From Chrysomallon squamiferum (Eukaryota > Animalia > Mollusca), in assembly GCA_012295275.1 (NCBI GenBank), contig CM022666.1, positions 4,154,001 through 4,218,000 on the forward strand: a stretch of 64,000 nt of DNA, written 5' to 3'. Within the stretch, counting starts at the first letter, position 1; every line of letters begins with the position of its first letter. Shown piece after piece: positions 56,830 through 64,000 of the stretch. The notes beneath the pieces are model-generated. The model was not told the origin of the DNA. It saw only the letters and a program-made list of their open reading frames with translations, and made no database searches. Position numbers and translations under genes: made by a program.

Positions 56830-58933
56830 ACAACACAGGTAAATCACACTGGTCTCTTGGTTGGATTGGGAAATAAATTTTCAGTCAGAGAAAGAAAGAA
56901 CGCAGTGCTGGACTATGAAGGACGTTTTTGTGCATTCTTTTAGACTGAAAACGTTCATGACACTCGCAGCTTTGTGAATTTAAAAATGTTGTGAGCACTG
57001 TCGGAATGTGAAATAGAAGAACAACCCAATATTGCTATACTTGACGTATTCGTTGTCGTCCTGTAATAAATATAGCCGTGTCAAGACAAAAATGAATCCA
57101 CTGGAAAAAAAGATCCTAGGGATCTTATTTTATAGTGGATTGAATGGTAAAGAAAAAACGTACACATACTCAGTTTTTTTTTAATGTATGTTATATCCCA
57201 CATCCACATGGCATACAAATATACCACACGCACTACACATATACAGAGACATGCTACAAATAAATAATTATACTCAGTTTCAGTTTCAATGCAAATTATT
57301 GAGTGACAAAATAACATTTATTTTCATGACTTTTGCATTTATTTATTTCATACAAATTTGTAGTTTAATTTTGTTGCTATAGATATACATTTTTTGTAGT
57401 AAATCGGTTTTCACAGCATCAGGACTAGAGTTTACACAAATAATTTTAACATGACATAGTGAATTATGTAAATATTTATATACATATTCATATACTACTT
57501 GTATTAATAATTTTGTTTATATTTTGAAATTAATTACAGAACAGTTTACATAAGGAAGGTGATTGTTTTATTTAGATTTAATATTACTAGTACTAATATG
57601 ATTACTGCTTATACAGCTGTACTACAGCAACTACTAGTACTGTTATTACTACAACTTCTGTACAATTACTAGTATCTCTCATATTATTAATATTTTGTTG
57701 TTGTTATTACAGGTTGTCCAAAATCTGAAAAGCTTCTAATATAAATTTTTTTAAAATACTTTCCATAAAGCTTTAGTTGTGTAATTATGTACAAATATAT
57801 TTAATTTAATATGTCTGTATATAACATTATTGTAATTTATTACTGAACATTTTCTTTATAAATAAACCCAAAGATTTTATAATAATGGATAGTTTACAGT
57901 ACTGTTACCATATATACCAACCATCCCTATTGCTATTATTATATTTATTACTACTACTACTACTGTTACTACAGCTCTGCTACTACTTCTACTACTACTA
58001 CTACCATCTAACTGTTGCTACCATTATTATGTGTAGTATAACTATTTTCAGAATTAAAAGTTTATTTAAAATAGCAAAGGAAAAAAAAAACATGGAAGCA
58101 AAATTACTATATATTATCTGTTAAAAATTTTTATTTTTAATGGTTATTATAACTGGTGAATTTTGAGTTACTCAATTTAAAGGTGCTGTTTACACAACTT
58201 TTAAAAATGTTTTGTTTATTTTTTATTTTAATAAGAGTTCACGACTGTGTATATATAATTTTTATAAAAACATACCAAAACTTAACCCCCTCCTGAAATA
58301 TGTTATTAATAGTAAATACATATGTGCATGAAAAGTTTTATGTTTTCTTGTTTATCTTTCAGAAATTTATTTTAATTTATAAAAAGATAAATAAGTCCAG
58401 AAGTAATTGGAACTAGCTAATATTATCTATACAAAATAAATAAATTCCGTCTATATTTGCCTAAAATATTTTTTTTTTTGTTGTTGTACCTACACATTTT
58501 CATGACTATGTATCAGCATTCCTTGAATCTATTATTAACTTTAATAACAAAACATTTAAACATAGTTGTCTTTTCTTGTGTGTCATTTTTGCTTTTTAAT
58601 TTAAAAGAGACAAGTTAAGAAAAATAATTATATATTTATGTTATATTACTGCAAAATGTTTGATATGAATATTTGTAATATTGTGTAGTGTGTAGTATGC
58701 AGGTTTTTTTTACTAAATAAAAAAAAATTGTTTTATATTTGGTTATGAAAATGTTTTGAATGCATGGTTGTTGTGAGAAAAAAATGATTACACACACACA
58801 CACACACACATAATATTATATGATAAAATAAAAATATAAATTAAGTGCATAATAAGCTTTATATTTGGTTATGAAGAATTTTTAAATGAATGGTTGTTGT
58901 GAAAAAAATATATAGAGTTATACAAACACATAC

Positions 58934-58970
<37 letters not shown>

Positions 58971-60971
58971 CATACATGTGCACATATATATATATATATA
59001 CACGTATACATACATACACAAATAAAAAATATGACACAATAAAATTAAAATAAAATTAGTGCATAATAACTTAATAAGCAGCGAAAAGTCGAATTGTTTT
59101 CATATTTTTAATAGTTGTTTTTATTTAATTCATTGAAATTGTAGAAAAAGTTTGGTTCTTGTTTGTACATGCTAGCTGTAGATCAATTATATAAAATAAA
59201 AAAAAGGAAGAAAAATTAAAGATTTCATTATCTCTCTTCAGTAAAGGAATATAATTTATTCTTAACAGATATTTTTAATTAAAAAACAGATAATTCCTTT
59301 AAAATAACTAAATATTTATCTGTATTGAATATTTCGACTTATTGGTCTATGTAGGATCAGATAACAAACAGGAAATAAAAACTGACTGTCTCCTTAACTC
59401 CTAGTCCTACTCACAATCAACATATATTTTGCTGCTAAAACCTTTTGATTTTGTGTAACATAGAGACAGGGTAAGAATCATGAATTGATGTGAGCATATT
59501 ATCAGATACTGGTGCAGAGTTAAGGGACTTTTTCAAAAGGCAGTAAAAATCCATTTTTATTTGATATAATTGATAATACATCAGATGGGGGTGGGGTTGT
59601 GGACAGACAAAAATTTGATCCTTTAGTCTCTCACTTCTCAGTCAGCAAAGAGATGTAACATGTACAAAAGGCTTATGGATTTATTTATTATTTTTATTTA
59701 CAATGTTACATGTCAGATTTGTTTTTTAAATTTTTGCAGAAGAATTAGTCCATTTATATTTATTTTAAATATTGTTTACTATAATTATACAATAAAGTAT
59801 AAACATTCTTTTGTTTGTTGGTTTTCTTTTCAAGTAAGAAATATTTATTTTGATTAATGTGATTGTTTTAAGATGAAAGATGAGTCAAAGATTCATCTTT
59901 AAAAATGAAAAACTGAAAAAGTCCTTTTAAAGAATAAATATTAAAAACAAACAAAAATTGAAAATGAAAGATGGTATTAAAAATATTTTATTTAATGAAA
60001 CTTGAGACGTATTTATTTTTGTAAAACAACTTTTTTAAGTTGAAAGACAAGTCAAAAATCCAATCTTTAAAGATTTTACTTTTCTAAAATGAAAATATTG
60101 TAAATATTGAAGAATAAGTATTTTTTAAACATAGGAAGAAATGTAATATATTTCATTTAATGGATAACAACAATTCTAATTTAAAGGCTAAACCTATTGC
60201 TTGTCATATTTTTTTCTCTTTGAAATCAATTAAATTACAATGACACCTTTTTCAGATTTTGTAACATAGTTACTTTCACTGATTCACGTGATAAATATTT
60301 TGAAAAAATGATTTTAATTTACTTTACTGATAGATTGTTTCCTTGTATTTATTAATTTATAATTTAATTAGTTTTAAATTAGAAATGTTTTATTAACTTT
60401 TTTTGTTTAACTCTTTTTTTTTCACTTGCAATAGATTTACAATTTATTTTAATTTGACCTTTATTGTATTTTTCTTTCACTTTTTTATTTTTAAATGTTT
60501 TAATCTGAATATTAAAAAAATAATTAACTATAATAATAAAACATTTATTTAACATCCATAGTTAAATTTACACGACTGACATGGTTTGTTCAGACACAAA
60601 CTCCTGTAAATCTTCCAGAAACAATTAACAAAATATTTAATTAACTTAACTCTGTTTTGGGAAAACCAGCAATTTTATTATGTTTAGTAATTCAGTCATC
60701 AACTGAAATGATTTTTCTTGACATTAAACTGTAATTAACAGAATAAGGAGCCATGAAACAGCAAAAAAACAACAAAAGAAGTTTTTTTTCGATTGTCAAA
60801 TTATTTATATTTTTCTATTCACAATTGGTCCTGCCTTCACAGTCCACTATGTAAATCTATCTTGTTTCTGAAATGACAATACAATGATGGTAATTTGATG
60901 TTTAAAATTATGATATAATTTTTTTGAGACTATCATCATTTTTCTTAAAATATTAATATGTATATATTTTA

Positions 60972-61560
60972 TAATATGAAACTGAATCAATCCTTTGTAA
61001 TATGAAATTGAACCAATCCTTTGTAATATGAAATTGAACCAATCCTTTATGATATGAACTGAATCAATCGTTTGTAATAAGAAACTGAATCAGTCCTTTG
61101 TAATATGAATTTGAATCAATCCTTCACAATACAGATGATTAAAGGATCCTTTTTAACAGGCAGGTTGAGAGAATTATTCATAATGAGATTGAATGATTTA
61201 ACGAAAATATCATTTAATATGTGGATTTAAAGAACCCTTAACTATCTGTAGACTGAATAATGCTTTCACAGTATGGAGACTACTAAATGAATCCTTGGCA
61301 GTTTGGAATAGAAATAAATCCACAATATGTTGATGATAAGATGGCTGAAAAAATCCTTCAGAATTTGCAGACTGAATAAATCCTTCACAGTTTGGATGTA
61401 GGATGAATCTTCAATATTTTTGAGGTTGAATAAATCCTTCACAATTTAGTGGTTGAATAATTTAATCCTTCACAATTTAGAGGTTGAATGTTTTAATCCT
61501 TCACTAAATGGAAAAATAATGAATCCTTTCCACTGTTTGGAGCCTGAATCAATCCCTCAA
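60972..61560. repeat. ~26-bp minisatellite (AATATGAAACTGAATCAATCCTTTGT)n, decaying rightwards
   Basis: About six clear copies at 60972-61135, then many degenerate gaat(a/c)aatccttcaca cores up to ~61560. Confidence 0.85.
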
Positions 61561-61702
61561 GTTGAAGAAATTATTAATTTTTCAGTGTTTTAACGTAAAT
61601 ATGTTTTTTTCAGCTGTGATCTCTGGCAGTGAATTTAGTGTTATAGGATGATAATGATGATGATGATAAGGATGATGATGATGATGGCAGTGGATTTCTC
61701 TG

Positions 61703-64000
61703 CTACAGAACAGAGGACAGAACTGGGAAAGGATTCTGTTTGCTGACCACAAGTTTCTGATGCTGATGAGAAATGTAACCTTTTATCTTGTTCTGAAAGT
61801 GAAACAAATTACATGTGTGTCAAAAATAATAATATTTAAAGGAATTTATAATAATATCAAAGATTCGTTATTGTTTCACATAACAAAAAAACAGTATAAA
61901 ATAATGTATAATAGTGAGTAATATGGATAAAAAAATATAAATAAAATTGTATATTTTATTACCAAAATAATGAAAAGATTATGAAGCATAACTATTATCT
62001 ATTCATACCAAGATCTAAGATTCTAAATAAAATATACATATTTACCTCATAAATTAAATTTGCTATAATGCATTGTGTTTCGTCATCATCAATTTCTTCC
62101 ATCTTAACAAAAGAACAACAATAAAATTAATAAAATTTAATATAAATATCACTGCTCTGAACTGTTTCATAACAAGGGTTAAATCTCTGAATTACTATAT
62201 TCTTCCATCTGAAAGAAACACAAAAAGAACAGAACAAAACAAATAAATAATAACACACAACATAATATATATAATTTAATAATTTAAATATCTAAAAATC
62301 CCTGTCTCTGAACTCCAAACAGTCATAAAATATAAAAGTTTCAATATTTTAAATGTTTAGATATTATAAAAAATATGTAATTACTTTTTTAATTTTTTTA
62401 ATTTTTTTAATGATGTTTGACTGACTCAGAAAAGTCGCATTTTAACTATTTTTGCTATGGGATGCACCTAAAAAATGTCAAGGGTCTTTCAGCTTTTCAA
62501 AAATATAAATCAGATAAATTTTTTGAAAAATTAAATAACAAAACCAAATATGAATGTAAAACTATATATTCTTTTTTTTTGAAGATGAGAAAAGAAACAC
62601 AAACACACAGAAAACAGACACATAACAAATAAATAGACAAACACTAAAAATATAATATATAAACAACATTTATATGTTTTATACATAAATAAATCATTAA
62701 TATCCAAAAATATTTTGTAAAATAACGGCTAAATATAAAAATAAGGTCTCCATAGAGGTAGATAAAAGAGAATTTTTTTTTTCCCTATATTTTAACATGT
62801 AAACTGGTCTAAAAATAGTGACGGTGCCTAGAATCTACAGTCGACTTACAATACGTATATATAAAAAATAAATAATTTTATTTTTAATATCAACTATATA
62901 TTTTATTTTTTTTAATATCAACTGAAAAAAAAAAAAAAAAGAAATTATTTTACCTCCATTAGATTCAAAGCTGCTGTGAACTGATCAATAGGTAACAGGT
63001 GAGTTTTGTTGTTAATCAAATAACTGAAAAGAATAATAATATTAAAAAAATCTATTTAATTAAAATTGATTTTCATTACGTTTCTGTATATCTGGCTAAA
63101 ATAACCAGCAAGTCCTTGTAGGAAACAAAAATTTAATTTATCAGGAAATTAAACTGAACAAATATTATGAAAGGATTAAATATAATTAAAAAAGAAAAAG
63201 AAAAAAGAAATAAAACTTATATCATTTTCTTCATATTTAGTATTAAATAGATGTAAGAGTTACTCACACTTTTTTGAAAAGATTTCTGTAAGTAATGACT
63301 TTCAGTTTCTCCAGAATGAGATAGATTCCACACTTTATAAAGAAAGCTTCATTTTTCTGCAGGGAATTGTTCAGTTGGAGTAGATTGCCTGAACTTAAAA
63401 TATAAAAAATTGAAAAAAAATTAATTATTATTAAATCAGTCACATTCCCTGTTATCTAAAGACATTGGTGGTTTATATTAAGAATATAAAATAAGTTTAA
63501 AAAAATAAATAAATAAACAAATGAAAAAATAATAAAAGAAATTGAATATGAAGGTATTGGATGTTTATGAAGTAATAACAGATAATTTTAACATATTAAA
63601 AATGTAAAATTAGTATAAAATAATATGTAATAATCAAGACTAAATAATGAAAGATAAAAAAAAAAAAACAACAACAAACAAACAAACAGAAAAAAAAGCT
63701 TCTTTTGATTATTAAGTGATGGACAAAAAAACACAAAAAATATAACACACCATGTTTAATTACTTACAAAAATAAATTTGTACCAAGTACAGACAGTTCT
63801 TTTTAAGACAGTAATAAATATTGACAACGGCAATATTTATGATGATGATAATAAGAACAATAATGATATATATTAATTAATTAATAATATTAATAATAAT
63901 AAAACCATTTTGAAATAAATAATTTAAAAAAATATTGAAAATTTGTTTACCTGACAGCTTTTGTGACATCTGCAAATTGAAGTAAATCATATTTTTTCAA
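61703..64000 (-). CDS. PCID2: PCI domain-containing protein 2 (TREX-2 Thp1/CSN12-like), 3' part; exons 63951->64000, 63268-63393, 62954-63023, 62046-62102, 61703-61792
   Basis: [17 protein letters not shown]|SGNLLQL...[28 protein letters not shown]|[13 protein letters not shown]...|[19 protein letters not shown]|[29 protein letters not shown], matching the PCID2 C-terminus; GT-AG introns with consistent phases. Confidence 0.96.

Noticed and set aside
59876-59900. Hairpin AAAGATGAGTC-aaa-GATTCATCTTT
   Set aside because: Short isolated inverted repeat; insufficient for an ncRNA or MITE call.

Overview
AT-rich, intron-containing animal genomic DNA (invertebrate, most likely a mollusc or other lophotrochozoan; this is inferred from gene and repeat content). 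Left to right: (1) the last three exons of a four-TM MS4A/CD20-like gene (+); (2) a tandem array of ~4.4-kb units (~3.97-21.1 kb), each carrying a coding-intronless, 327-aa FkbM-family (Methyltransf_21) SAM-dependent methyltransferase with an N-terminal type II signal anchor (-). Two copies are open, two have homopolymer frameshifts, and there is a separate direct-repeat-flanked 3' fragment; (3) a decayed FLYWCH/MULE transposase at the array's right edge; (4) a divergent SLC19-family transporter (+) whose substrate-pocket residues differ from both folate and thiamine carriers; (5) a complete DNAJC3/P58IPK (-, 11 coding exons) with a perfect ERSE upstream; (6) a probable orphan single-pass membrane gene (-) head-to-head with SPRYD7 (+, 5 exons); (7) the 3' part of PCID2 (-). 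Micro- and minisatellites are abundant. Single-base homopolymer indels break even conserved SPRYD7, so the frameshifts may be assembly errors. The best candidate for an undescribed system is the amplified, Golgi-type FkbM methyltransferase (a possible glycan O-methyltransferase) lying divergently from an atypical SLC19 transporter; any functional link between them is a hypothesis only. All family comparisons are from remembered sequences and alignment by eye, not from database searches.
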